A stretch of 44,753 bases of DNA, from IMG/VR virus record IMGVR_UViG_3300045970_000214, one strand, 5' to 3'. The stretch is from a virus. Positions 15,801-25,846 of the stretch are shown here, in pieces (the stretch's first letter is position 1; each line of letters starts with the position of its first letter). Under the pieces are notes generated by a model. That model worked only from the letters and a program-made list of their open reading frames with translations. It was not told the DNA's origin and made no database searches. The position numbers and the translations under genes were made by a program.

Positions 15801-18502
15801 TTAGAGGCACGGAGTTCTGCAACTGGGACTTTTGTAGCTGTCGTCTTGAGAGCGAGAGATCTATTCTCAGGAGTAAGGTATGTCTGTATCTCAGATGCCT
15901 TAGTATAACGAGACATATTCATACCAGGAGTGAATGATCCGGTCGCAATGAGTTCTACGACATAAAGAGGAGTATTCGTGCGGAGACCTAATGTTTCAAG
16001 AGGAACACCTAGTTTTATCCCAGCTTGTATCTCATTCATTTTAAGAGTGTTTAAAGCTTCCATAATTTCATGGAATCCTGCTGTGTTGTTTACGACAGTC
16101 TGATTCAGATTCTTAGCAGAATTAAAATCATTAATATCTTTGATATGAGCCTTGAGTCCCTCTCCTACATAATCCTTAGCTTGCTGATCCCACAGTTCTT
16201 TAGTTCCATGGAATTTATTAAAAGGATTAGAGTCTGCGAAATCTTCATAGAGATTCACAGTAAGATCTTTCATCTGAGTCTTCTCATAAGATTTAAGACC
16301 AGTAGCAGATAGACCGAAATTCTCAAGTTTGAACAGATCCTCTGGTATCGCTTTAGCACGGTCTGCTATTGGCAGAATATCATGCGCTTCACGAGTATGA
16401 GACATCACAAGAACTTCAGCGTTCTTATCATATTTAGGACCTACGTCTCGTATCACACCAAGAATATCAGTCACCTTTACACGATATAACTTAGTTGATC
16501 CGAATTCTTTTCCCTTCTCAGCAAACATCGCAAAGGATTCTAAAGAGTGAGATCCCACAGCCTCTTTCCTAAGACCTCTGAATAGATAAACATACCCATC
16601 AGAATCCGCGTTCTGCATAAGCATATCACGAAATGCTACAGACTGAGGAGAGTTATAGGCTGCCTTTACACCTGCTATATTCTCTGGGAGAGCACCACGA
16701 TTCTTACCATAACCACCCGGCCTAAAGGCATCATCTACTGCATTTCTTAGATCTTGTACTCCACCACCTATCCACTTCCTTACAAGTCCTGTGAATCCTG
16801 AGATAGAGACTGATCCAAGATTATATCTCTCAAGGGCTTGACCTTTCACTTCAGCTTGTATCTTCTGGAGATAATCAGGAGAGACACCCACCTTACCAGT
16901 TATTCTATTCCTCAAAGGAACTTGTTTGAAGAGAGCCTCTTCTATTTTATTCCAATCAGGTTTCGCATCTGTGAGAGTTATCTTGATGGAAGAAGCAACC
17001 GTGGGATCAGTCTCTCCAAGTTTGATAAGACGAGATAGAACAGCGTTCATCGTAGGAGCATCCTGAGGACTTACCACCATCTCAGTAAGTTTCTCGATAG
17101 ACATCTCATCTACGGCTTTCAGTTTCTTAAGATATTCTGCATCCACTTTCGCAGTAGATTCTACCATCATCTCAAGACTTGCATCTCTATTAGGAATCTG
17201 AAACCAATTATTTGGAAGTCCCTTTGTAAGTGCTTTCTCATCTTGATAAAGATCAGCTGCTACACCATATCCTGCAAGATCTTTCTTAAGCATGAAACCA
17301 TCGAAGGCGGGAGAATATACTATAGTCGTAGGAGTAAGTTCACCCTTCTTAGCACCTGATAAGATAGTTCTTGTAAGGGGGATCTCGGATAAGGCAGCAC
17401 CTCCTGCATCCACAGGAATAGTAGAACCAAATAGTTTGTTAAACTTCGTCTCAAGGAAACCAAGTTCTTCTTTAGTTGTTGCGAATTCTATCTTGTTGAT
17501 ACCAGCAAATCTTGTTGGCTCAGCGTACATTCTCTCAATGATAGACGTCTTAAAATCAGCAGTCATCTCACGAAGTTCCGGAGATAGCATATTATTAAGA
17601 GTCTCTAATTGCTTCCCTTTTGCTGTATCTATGAAAGATGAGATGATACTTCTTGAAGTCTTAGAAAGACCAGAAGCAGTTTCTTCCGCAGCAGTCTTGG
17701 GGAGGAGAGAAGACCATGTGTTGATATTTCTCTGATAGTCATTTATCAGAGTTGAAGCATCTCCTATCGTATGAAGGGGAGTAGCTGTTTTCTCTAGGAT
17801 ATTTAGAGTTCCAGTATATAGTTCCTTAGCTGACATCCTTGCTTCATACGATAGACCTATATGAGAGATAGGACCTACGATAGCAGTTCCAAGAAGCATT
17901 GAGATCCCGAAGTTCTTAGCAGGATCCTTCATGTAGTCTTCCATCAAAGGATGGGCGTTCATTGTCCCAAGGAGTGCTATCTCCATTGCAGCATTATCTA
18001 CTACCACATTCGCTATATTTGTGGTATAGAGAGCACGCAGTTCTGCCTTATAAGCTGCACTGGCGATACCACTTTCTTGGAGGACAGAATCTATCTTTCC
18101 AAGTTGTGCTATCTTTCCTTCTTGAGAAAACCAATTGATCCCTTTAGTTCCAGCACGAGCTAATGTCATCCCCTTAAGAGCAAGTCCTGTAGGAACAAGC
18201 ATACCTCCTATAAAGGAAGCGGCATGAATTGTATCTGGATGTTCTTGATATACCTTAAGAGCATTGTCATCTATGCGGGTTAGGAGATCCTCTGTAGATG
18301 TGGGGTATTTATTGAATGTAACAGAATTCCAGACAGAAGATCCGAAATCTGCTACAGAAGCAATAGTACCTCCTACCATATCTGCTACGATCCCAGACTT
18401 GACATCATACTTTGAGCCAAGACTTTCGAAGGGATCATTCACTGGTACATCAGAAGATCCTGCTTGAACAATCTCAGGAGGTAGATCCAGAAGATCAGTC
18501 AT
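12884..18502 (-). CDS. Giant internal-virion / DNA-ejection-type protein (1872 aa)
   Basis: Size and position at the distal end of the late operon, as for podovirus ejection/core proteins. The start shares 1 nt with the upstream stop (TAATG). Confidence 0.6.
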   Translation of the reverse strand: MTDLLDLPPEIVQAGSSDVPVNDPFESLGSKYDVKSGIVADMVGGTIASVADFGSSVWNSVTFNKYPTSTEDLLTRIDDNALKVYQEHPDTIHAASFIGGMLVPTGLALKGMTLARAGTKGINWFSQEGKIAQLGKIDSVLQESGIASAAYKAELRALYTTNIANVVVDNAAMEIALLGTMNAHPLMEDYMKDPAKNFGISMLLGTAIVGPISHIGLSYEARMSAKELYTGTLNILEKTATPLHTIGDASTLINDYQRNINTWSSLLPKTAAEETASGLSKTSRSIISSFIDTAKGKQLETLNNMLSPELREMTADFKTSIIERMYAEPTRFAGINKIEFATTKEELGFLETKFNKLFGSTIPVDAGGAALSEIPLTRTILSGAKKGELTPTTIVYSPAFDGFMLKKDLAGYGVAADLYQDEKALTKGLPNNWFQIPNRDASLEMMVESTAKVDAEYLKKLKAVDEMSIEKLTEMVVSPQDAPTMNAVLSRLIKLGETDPTVASSIKITLTDAKPDWNKIEEALFKQVPLRNRITGKVGVSPDYLQKIQAEVKGQALERYNLGSVSISGFTGLVRKWIGGGVQDLRNAVDDAFRPGGYGKNRGALPENIAGVKAAYNSPQSVAFRDMLMQNADSDGYVYLFRGLRKEAVGSHSLESFAMFAEKGKEFGSTKLYRVKVTDILGVIRDVGPKYDKNAEVLVMSHTREAHDILPIADRAKAIPEDLFKLENFGLSATGLKSYEKTQMKDLTVNLYEDFADSNPFNKFHGTKELWDQQAKDYVGEGLKAHIKDINDFNSAKNLNQTVVNNTAGFHEIMEALNTLKMNEIQAGIKLGVPLETLGLRTNTPLYVVELIATGSFTPGMNMSRYTKASEIQTYLTPENRSLALKTTATKVPVAELRASNFKAMGDESDSLIKQVIMEGSPSQISKDLAAFLFTKDTQYSLAALKAAIKEITPASIGSKFLQSTDFSLRDMGDAGAIISILGKNMEHFKGRYTNQILEPISLSYKSITKDPAAIVEFNTAKEVNASLKGYREFNNGKFWVQDENEPWKMVPDPSGSGKSVKTMNLVQAEWKGTPFEITTPSVLRSYENMQEAGRELYNLHSTERKILGLPPMNDNGFWMPAFNPRNKYISFVWNNNDQTTRLLHANTPEELKSLEDAFSSTLKEREIERGIVKIVRAGEERELFNKLQGRHDPIFMASADISSFHSGASTAAMVATNSNIFSDLANAYEHYIHRSVSNITELNLSDVMGSLDAISALVRRPVAKQPVSKIQEALNKPLDAGMIAKNTLLGKSNLKEYTAWQDTQNGIQTAVELGLQSVAKIMDPILNPIKGIFGKGKTFSDAEYEALIKDMDTRGIPNPFKDLDNAVAKDIYHMERLSQAPNLTPRIVALSNNLAATFLLKVMELGQPLVNILSLPVLTSAAVQRTFSKEFMGTKLAPDFHMGTIKAMYGGIRYMGNPEYQKYVTQARDLGVMTPVVSEVSELLQLSRSFNPGMIQKTENLLNGKLVEMLSKPSNWSETAVREMSFANGVYLAKQAYPGLHDSGVITFARNFMDVAVGNYTASQRPTVFQGSLGVAMGLFQTYFVTLMQQIYRRFELRDYKQLAKMALTQSSIFGVKGLPGFNQISELMGEHFSDQNYDLTTGTYRAIPETAANILLYGLPSNLGPAVYTRGDIQPRLPNPFGGLQTLASVNILTSAYQSSHKLLSAASQIGDPGTFSAVGEALSMQNISRPVARLSELATGYSVTQKGNEVAGPEELYSAAGISARVFATRSLREAKAREAMHLNSMYGTLDRDQREGAMAVLKNHVRSGTLTPDVMERIQEKYMRTGSPTGWRSVINKTIHDTDSPGVSAVRNHLSPKSPANMMIESLD

Positions 18503-20373
18503 TATTGATTACTCCCACTTATGATACCTTTATAGAGATCAGAAGCACCACCCGCTATAGCTTTGCTATAGGCTATCCCAGTTCCGACAGGGAAGTTAAG
18601 AGGACTTGCTATGTTCTCAATCCTATTATTTAACATAGATCCTATTTTCTCACCTATCCTTCCCATCGTACTCGTAGCAGCTGCAACAACTGCTTGATTC
18701 ACCATCTTAATAGTATCCAGTTTATTTCCATAGATACCATTGTTATAGGATTCTATCGCAGCACCATATGAATCTTTTACGAGTTTACTTCTACGAAGAG
18801 ACTCATCCCGCGATATGTTAGGATCTCCAACGAACATCTTAGAGAATGTAAGGATATCAGGATCTTTACCTGTAGCAGTCCTTACCTTATCGAAGATATC
18901 CTTAGATTCTGGGAGACTATATAGGGAGGGTTGTCCAGGAGCAATCGGCCAGTTCTTTATGTCAGACATGACTGCTCTCTTATTCATTTCTGTTGCTATA
19001 CGATCAACCATAGAGGCTCGCATCTTCATGGCAGAGGTCTGAGATGCTTTATCTTGCATGGTCGATACCATGTTATAAGCCTTGAGTTCTTCAGGACTTA
19101 GAACAGAAGAACCATAATTCTTGATCTTCTCAGCCGCGATAGCAGGATTCTTAACAAATTGATCCAATGCTGCTACTTGAGAACGAACTACGTTAAAAGG
19201 AATTCCTGTTTGTTCTGCTTGTCTATTAGCAGCAAGAGCAAGACCTATATTCGAATTCGCTTCTATACCGAATTGAAGATACTTATCCGGTTGAATCTCC
19301 CCACGAAGGATAGGAGCTACTTCCTTGGTCTTAAGTCCTATGTCAACAGTCTTACCTTGAACAAGTATATCAGGATTCCCAAAAGAGTTAGGAAGAATCT
19401 TAGCAAGATCATTCTTGACATCTGGGGGAAGCATGGCATACACTGTCTCTGCTTTATCAATGGCAGCTTGATCTTTCACTTCCTTCCTAGCAGCAGCACC
19501 GGCTTCTACACGATCAAGAGCATCCTGTTTCATCTGGTCTTTTCTGTTATATACATCAACCAGAGCCTTTGCATTCTTGACAGAACTTGCCATTGCATTA
19601 AGAGGACCATTCTCTTTTATGTAACGATTGGCAAGAGTCTCTACCTTAAGTTCTGTGGTTTGGAGTCTTGCCCTTATCTGAGCAGTCTCATTACTATCCG
19701 TCATATATTTCTTCCACAGCGGATGCATATGATCTCTTGCTTCAGATGCTTTAAGTTGTTGCTCTATAACAGGAAGTCCTAGATTTTGTTCAGCTAACTG
19801 TCTTGCAGCACTCTGAGCTTTCGCTACAGTCTCAGTGAAGGTCTTATCAATCTGGAGAGATTGTTGAACACGATCTTCTATAGTCTTTGCAGAAGCAAGA
19901 CCTGAGATCTGAGATGAGATATCCTTAGATGCCGTATCTATCAGACTCGAAGTTATATCACCTACTTTAGTGATAGGAATAATCTTACCAGTTACAGGAG
20001 CAGTAGAAGAATCACCTAACTCACCACCGAAACGAGTAGGTTTTGACTCATTCTTAATAAGACGCATAGTCCCATCATTGTCGAGTTTCATTATCTCGGA
20101 TGGGATATTAGTTATGACTCGTCTCTTAGGTTGAATCCCGATAGGAACACTTCCCGAAGAATCTGCCACAACAACAGGAGATTCATCAGGAGTTACAAAG
20201 CTATCGGCAGACTGGATAACCTGTTCTGCATCATTGGTAAGTTCTTGGGTGATAGGAGCAGAAGAATCTTCTACGGGTTGAGTTGTAGCCTCCTGTCCTG
20301 CAGGAATCTCAGGACTATTGGCAAGACTCATTAGAATATCTTCTAAACTTTGCGAGCTTTGTGCGGCTGCCAT
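18502..20373 (-). CDS. Internal-virion-type protein (623 aa, long helical/coiled regions)
   Basis: Position between the low-complexity protein and the giant protein; translationally coupled to the giant gene. Confidence 0.45.
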   Translation of the reverse strand: MAAAQSSQSLEDILMSLANSPEIPAGQEATTQPVEDSSAPITQELTNDAEQVIQSADSFVTPDESPVVVADSSGSVPIGIQPKRRVITNIPSEIMKLDNDGTMRLIKNESKPTRFGGELGDSSTAPVTGKIIPITKVGDITSSLIDTASKDISSQISGLASAKTIEDRVQQSLQIDKTFTETVAKAQSAARQLAEQNLGLPVIEQQLKASEARDHMHPLWKKYMTDSNETAQIRARLQTTELKVETLANRYIKENGPLNAMASSVKNAKALVDVYNRKDQMKQDALDRVEAGAAARKEVKDQAAIDKAETVYAMLPPDVKNDLAKILPNSFGNPDILVQGKTVDIGLKTKEVAPILRGEIQPDKYLQFGIEANSNIGLALAANRQAEQTGIPFNVVRSQVAALDQFVKNPAIAAEKIKNYGSSVLSPEELKAYNMVSTMQDKASQTSAMKMRASMVDRIATEMNKRAVMSDIKNWPIAPGQPSLYSLPESKDIFDKVRTATGKDPDILTFSKMFVGDPNISRDESLRRSKLVKDSYGAAIESYNNGIYGNKLDTIKMVNQAVVAAATSTMGRIGEKIGSMLNNRIENIASPLNFPVGTGIAYSKAIAGGASDLYKGIISGSNQ

Positions 20374-20382
20374 ATCTATCTC

Positions 20383-21405
20383 CTAGTACCCGTAGTAAGA
20401 GTCAGCACTTGCGTAAGGATCATACTCTGGAGGTAAGGTGATATAATCAGTATTCTCACTTCTATCTATATAACCTCCATCAGTATCTCCGGTGTAATAA
20501 GAATCACTTCCTCCACCACTTGTATCATCTACATTACCTACGACTATACCATTATTATCGTAGGTGTTTCCAGTATAGCCACTACCATTATTACTATAAC
20601 CAATAGAACCTCCACCACCCCCACCTCTTGTGGTTGTAGAAGTAGAACTTCCTGGATTGGTTGTACTATTATTGGTAGAAGAAGAACTTTGTGTTCCAGT
20701 AGTTACACTATTATTCACAGAGTTAGTTGTGCTGTTACTCGTAGAATTAGATACAGTAAGAGCACCTTTAAGAGCATTAAGTGCTGCTACAAGAGTATTT
20801 TCTACTTGGTTGTTAGGATTATTAGCCATGTTAGCAAGATCAGCTGCAAGCTTACTTCTCTCACTTGCATATGCCTTAGCTTGCTCTCCACCAAGAGCCG
20901 CACTCGCCTCAGATGAACGAGTTACTAGATCATTCGAAAGAAGGCCTTGCATGGAGGAGGCTGATGTTCCCGCACCTTCTACTGCTTTCGCAATAGCTGG
21001 CATATTCTTTTCAAGAGCAATTCTCATCTGTACAGCCATGAGACCTTCCGCATCTGAGAAGGCATTGTCTGATCCAATAGAATCAAACAACTTCATAATT
21101 GCTTGACGAGTCTGTTCTCTATAGGCTTGCTCTGCCTTCTGGTTAGTAGTTCCACCATTCCCCATTTGCTGTATAGTATTCATCAAAGCAGCAATAGCTT
21201 CTGGAGAAAGAGCTTGTGTGAGAGTCTGATTATATCCCTCAGTCTTAGATACGCCAGTTCCAGTCGTAGAAGAACTATGAGAACCAAATGATGTACCTCC
21301 ACCACTAGTAGATCCACCCCCACTATTACTTACTGTGGTAGATTCTAAAGCTGAAGAAGTAGATGGTATTCCATCGGCTGTACTATTAGACCATCCTGTT
21401 GTCAT
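20383..21405 (-). CDS. Ser/Thr/Asn/Gly low-complexity virion protein (340 aa) with a helical core
   Basis: N- and C-terminal S/T/N/G tracts (SNSTSNSTTNSVNNSVTTG, GGGGGG), Tyr-rich C-terminus. Confidence 0.45.
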   Translation of the reverse strand: MTTGWSNSTADGIPSTSSALESTTVSNSGGGSTSGGGTSFGSHSSSTTGTGVSKTEGYNQTLTQALSPEAIAALMNTIQQMGNGGTTNQKAEQAYREQTRQAIMKLFDSIGSDNAFSDAEGLMAVQMRIALEKNMPAIAKAVEGAGTSASSMQGLLSNDLVTRSSEASAALGGEQAKAYASERSKLAADLANMANNPNNQVENTLVAALNALKGALTVSNSTSNSTTNSVNNSVTTGTQSSSSTNNSTTNPGSSTSTTTRGGGGGGSIGYSNNGSGYTGNTYDNNGIVVGNVDDTSGGGSDSYYTGDTDGGYIDRSENTDYITLPPEYDPYASADSYYGY

Positions 21406-21422
21406 GTCTATCTCCTAATTCG

Positions 21423-24400
21423 TTATCTTCTACTGACGATATTACCACGGAACTCCATAAACTGTAAATCGAATTGTCCAGATAGCGTGATTGTAAACCA
21501 CCTAGCAGACACATCGAACTTAAAGGTATGGACTATAGTATCCATGAAAGTCTCTGTTTTCTGAAGTGCTGGTTCAAGACCTCTTCCATCAAGAGAAGCA
21601 TCTATGATAATAGTACCAGTAGATAGACTTCTAAAATGAACTTTCACTTCAAGAGCTTGTGTATAACCTAATCTATATAAACCCACCTTACCCCAACGAG
21701 CGAAGTTAACAGAAGGTTTAGTATTGAAAAGATACAAAGAACCTGCGGTATCAAGAATACCTGCATAGAAACCGAAGTTATCGTAGGGTATAATAGTACC
21801 GCTTGTGAGGTTTATGGGTGTATATTCTACTAACTGACTATGACTCCCACAATACTTACCCCACTTCTTGAGATGCATATCGTATACAAGAGATCCTTCG
21901 TATGTAGGATACATAGGTTCTATTGAACCATCCTGTATTATAAAGGTAGAACCAGGTATACTCTCTGTGAACATACCAGGAAGTGATCTACTCCCTTTAA
22001 GTACATAACCCGGAATTGTTATAGAAGGTTGTGTAAAGGTTAATATACCATAAGGAAGAAATACTCCTCCCATAGTCATATTCTGAAGATCGTACGGAGA
22101 GGATCCTGTTACCGTCACAGGAGGAATAGAGTTAGGTGTAGTAAGAGCTAATGTACTACTACTATAGGAACCAGTAGTTCCAGGGAATTTAGCTGTTGCT
22201 GGTATGGTAGATCTCACATGAGTAACTACACTAAAGGGATAAGACTGATCCCATGACATAAGAGGAACAGCGGAAGGACTTACAAATCTTACTATATTAC
22301 CTGTATTTCCATTTATAAGCTTCCAACTTAATATCTTAGCTCTCGCTTCAGAATACCCACCAGTACCAGCTGCTACAACTCCCTCATCTTGATATGAATA
22401 CAGCTCAACAGCACCAGGTACTAGGATTAGAATACCAGGAGTGCTAGTGAAAGTAAGAACCCCGTTTGTGTAAGTCTCTTGAGAGGAACAGGTAAGAGTA
22501 AATCCATCTGAATAGAAGGGTGCATAATATCTATATTCAAAAGAAGTCCCACCGGAATATATAAAAGACTTAACTGGATTAGTTAGATTACTTATTAGAC
22601 TTGCAATAGCCGCATCTGAGTTAGAGCCAGAACCTTCACTAGATCCGAATCTGGCAGATACAGTACCTCCCGATGTACTACCATCCGTCTTAGTAACAGA
22701 TACATTCCTTCTCTTAACGTCATAGGTTGCACCCTGTATTGTTAAGAGATAGGTATAAAGACTAGGACCTGTATCTGCTATATTTGATTTGGTAATTAAG
22801 AAACTCTCAGTAGCAGTACCGGATACTCCATTCTCTGAGTATTCGTAGGTTATACTGTTATAACTATAGTCTGTCACCATAGTTATAGTTCTGAATGTTT
22901 GTACACCTAACACCCATTTCGTAAGATAAGAACCAGGTAATTTATCTACCATAGTCTTAACAGCAGATTTAATTATATCCTGGAAAGTTGTGAAATCTGC
23001 GGTTGTACATGTAAAAGCCATACCATATAAATTAAATGGTATCCAATTAGCAATAGTATCACCACAATTTAGATAATAGGCTACACTATGTGGAGGCATA
23101 TAAAAAGGATAACTTCTCTTTTTTACATTCCTGTATATATCATAGTATTCGTTATAATACTTTCTAAGTACTATCTCATTAGTAGAAAGTAAGAACTCCT
23201 CAGGACCTTCAAAGGATAGAATAGAAGCATTGAGTGTAGAAGTATCTATGTCTGCAGGAGTAGATCCTGGATTATATTCAGTAGTTATAGAAAGACTTAA
23301 CGCAAGACGCAAAGAGTCCATCAATCTTGCATATCTTTCAGCGGTCTTAGCCCATATACCTTCTTGTCTATAGAATAGAGATTCTATTGTATCATAGGTA
23401 TATGGGGCTCTTACATCACCATACTGATTAGCTCCAGGTGATATACCATACTGTGCGAATATATTAGTATCATATCCTTGATTACTATGATAATGGGTAT
23501 AAGGACCAGTATCAAAAGTATAGTCAGGAGCCAGTCCATTATAAGTACCTATACGAGTTACATAATCATATTCTACGGTAGGATTTGAGATCTCATATTC
23601 TTCCCAATATCTATTATTATAGTTCTCCGTATCTGAATAGAACATCTTTATATCATAGGTCCAATAGTATCCAGTTACTACAGTAAGAGGTGGATATACC
23701 GGATAGGTAAGAGCATCTACATCAGGGTTCCCAGCTATCTGAGCACCAGTTTTCATACTGAACCATTGAGATAACACAGTAGATACCGTATAACCTGGGA
23801 TAGTCTGAGGTAATATCCAAAGATTTCCATCATATACGGTAGGACCGAGTGATATACTTCTATTAAGAGTAGGTATCACCTGAGATTCAAAACTAACCAA
23901 CCCGTTGATATACTTGGGATTTATAAGACTAAAACATAGATATCTCGCTGCCATGCAAGTTATGTATATAGGATCTTTAGTTTCCCTGAGGAAATCATAC
24001 ACCTCTACAAAAACAGGGGTGAAGTCATTAGTTTGACTCACTACATTATATTTACCTAACTCATACACACCAGCGTTAGATATGATATAATGATCTTTAT
24101 CTGTTATTCCATGAGTAACTTGCCTTCTATAGGCTACTCCTACCTTATTCGTTATGGTAACAGCATCCCATAAAAGAGATCCTGTTTGAGTATATCTAAC
24201 TCCCACGACGCTCTTAGTAGAATATATAACAAAACCCTCATACATAGGAAGGATTAGTGTTATTCTTCCTACGATGGCATTAAATATCGTAGAACCTACA
24301 AGGGTTGTAAGAGATGGTACGAAATCTGTGAGATCGAATAACGAAGACCAAGAGATTGAATTAGCAGAATCCCAGAATCCTAGTCTACCATTCGCACGGA

Positions 24401-24917
24401 AGATACCCATCTGTCCTGACATATTTAGGAAAGTAGGTTCTATATAATCTATGGTAGTACTTGTAGGAGATATTCTATAAACCCTGGAATCTCCTTGACG
24501 ATACATATATAGTTTATTCTCAATAAGAGTGTAAGACCAGTCTTTATGAGATCCCGCAGGGGGAGGAGTAAGAGTTACTTGATGAGTCCAAGCTAATCCA
24601 ATAGAGTTAGCTCTACAAGTCCATATACCATCCTCGCACATAGCTACGAGTAAGTTCTCGAAAGCTAGAGTCTGATACATTATCACATAATCACATCTAG
24701 AGGATAGAACTCCTATATCTAATTTAGTATCCGTACCAAACCAACTACGATAACCATAGGAAGTGGGGAGAAAATTATAACCCTCATACAGAAGGATAGG
24801 AGGTTCTTTTTCTGGTGTATCCTCCTGAGCAGTTCCTACCATATTCTCAGGAAGTGCATTGGGATCTATAGGAAGAAAACTACGAGATACATCAATAATC
24901 TTAGCTTTTTGTGGCAT
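21423..24917 (-). CDS. Large tail protein (nozzle/tailspike-type candidate, 1164 aa)
   Basis: Size, beta-rich aromatic composition and position in the late operon only. Confidence 0.4.
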   Translation of the reverse strand: MPQKAKIIDVSRSFLPIDPNALPENMVGTAQEDTPEKEPPILLYEGYNFLPTSYGYRSWFGTDTKLDIGVLSSRCDYVIMYQTLAFENLLVAMCEDGIWTCRANSIGLAWTHQVTLTPPPAGSHKDWSYTLIENKLYMYRQGDSRVYRISPTSTTIDYIEPTFLNMSGQMGIFRANGRLGFWDSANSISWSSLFDLTDFVPSLTTLVGSTIFNAIVGRITLILPMYEGFVIYSTKSVVGVRYTQTGSLLWDAVTITNKVGVAYRRQVTHGITDKDHYIISNAGVYELGKYNVVSQTNDFTPVFVEVYDFLRETKDPIYITCMAARYLCFSLINPKYINGLVSFESQVIPTLNRSISLGPTVYDGNLWILPQTIPGYTVSTVLSQWFSMKTGAQIAGNPDVDALTYPVYPPLTVVTGYYWTYDIKMFYSDTENYNNRYWEEYEISNPTVEYDYVTRIGTYNGLAPDYTFDTGPYTHYHSNQGYDTNIFAQYGISPGANQYGDVRAPYTYDTIESLFYRQEGIWAKTAERYARLMDSLRLALSLSITTEYNPGSTPADIDTSTLNASILSFEGPEEFLLSTNEIVLRKYYNEYYDIYRNVKKRSYPFYMPPHSVAYYLNCGDTIANWIPFNLYGMAFTCTTADFTTFQDIIKSAVKTMVDKLPGSYLTKWVLGVQTFRTITMVTDYSYNSITYEYSENGVSGTATESFLITKSNIADTGPSLYTYLLTIQGATYDVKRRNVSVTKTDGSTSGGTVSARFGSSEGSGSNSDAAIASLISNLTNPVKSFIYSGGTSFEYRYYAPFYSDGFTLTCSSQETYTNGVLTFTSTPGILILVPGAVELYSYQDEGVVAAGTGGYSEARAKILSWKLINGNTGNIVRFVSPSAVPLMSWDQSYPFSVVTHVRSTIPATAKFPGTTGSYSSSTLALTTPNSIPPVTVTGSSPYDLQNMTMGGVFLPYGILTFTQPSITIPGYVLKGSRSLPGMFTESIPGSTFIIQDGSIEPMYPTYEGSLVYDMHLKKWGKYCGSHSQLVEYTPINLTSGTIIPYDNFGFYAGILDTAGSLYLFNTKPSVNFARWGKVGLYRLGYTQALEVKVHFRSLSTGTIIIDASLDGRGLEPALQKTETFMDTIVHTFKFDVSARWFTITLSGQFDLQFMEFRGNIVSRR

Positions 24918-24932
24918 GATATATCACCTATC

Positions 24933-25316
24933 CTATCTTCTATCAAGCATTGTTTGAAGAGCAAGACCAGCCCATTTGTCAAGGAAATTACAAATCAGAG
25001 TTCCTATAGTACCAGCTCCATGAACTGATACTGTGGTAGCATTAGGACTTACTATTACCATCTGACCTCGCACAAGGAATATAGCATCAGTTAATATAGT
25101 AGAATCCGCAGGTAAACTAGCAACCTTACCGAAGGTAATTACACAATCCATGTCTGCTACCATAGCTATAAGCTCACATCCAGTAGGAATTGTGAGTTGA
25201 CTAGTACCCCCACTATTATTGAAATCTATCCTGCAATATCCTATAGGGCGAATAGCATCTAATGGAATTGATATACCATCTACAGTAGCTAATGGATAAC
25301 GTTGTGGAGTAGCCAT
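24933..25316 (-). CDS. Small beta-rich structural protein (127 aa)
   Basis: Position only. Confidence 0.35.
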   Translation of the reverse strand: MATPQRYPLATVDGISIPLDAIRPIGYCRIDFNNSGGTSQLTIPTGCELIAMVADMDCVITFGKVASLPADSTILTDAIFLVRGQMVIVSPNATTVSVHGAGTIGTLICNFLDKWAGLALQTMLDRR

Positions 25317-25324
25317 CTTATTTC

Positions 25325-25846
25325 CTATTTACCTATGAAGGTAGGAGATTTTCCCGGGCGCATAGCAAACCACCATCCAATAGAGACACCCGCCTGAAAG
25401 AGAATCCACTCAATAGAACTCTTCCATATCGAGATTACATCCTCAGGATCAGGAGTCACTTTAAGTTCTACCATCATGGAGTTAATCTTATAGAACACGT
25501 AAATTGTAAAGAAGAAGAAACAGATTGTAATAAGGGGACGTATCATCTTAGATATTTTATCTACTATTCCATCCTCTGAAGTAGTTACAGCGAAGTCATA
25601 ACTCTTCTCCATTGCTTTATAAGCAGAACTCTCTATAACTGCATCTGCTTCTATTCCAGCAACGACAGTCTTATGTTTCCACTCAGCTTCCATCTGAATG
25701 GCTTCTTTATCCATCTTAGCGAGTTCGAAAGTTCTTTCAGCATTCTTATCCTGAAGATCAAACTTTCTATTTATCATACCTCCCACAAGTCCTACAATAG
25801 AACCGAATCCACTAGAACTAAGGAGTGATAATAGGATCGTAAGCAT
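25325..25846 (-). CDS. Putative 3-TM holin
   Basis: Hydrophobic segments at aa 1-25, PLITICFFFFTIYVFY and IEWILFQAGVSIGWWF; adjacent to the wall-hydrolase candidate. Confidence 0.5.
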   Translation of the reverse strand: MLTILLSLLSSSGFGSIVGLVGGMINRKFDLQDKNAERTFELAKMDKEAIQMEAEWKHKTVVAGIEADAVIESSAYKAMEKSYDFAVTTSEDGIVDKISKMIRPLITICFFFFTIYVFYKINSMMVELKVTPDPEDVISIWKSSIEWILFQAGVSIGWWFAMRPGKSPTFIGK

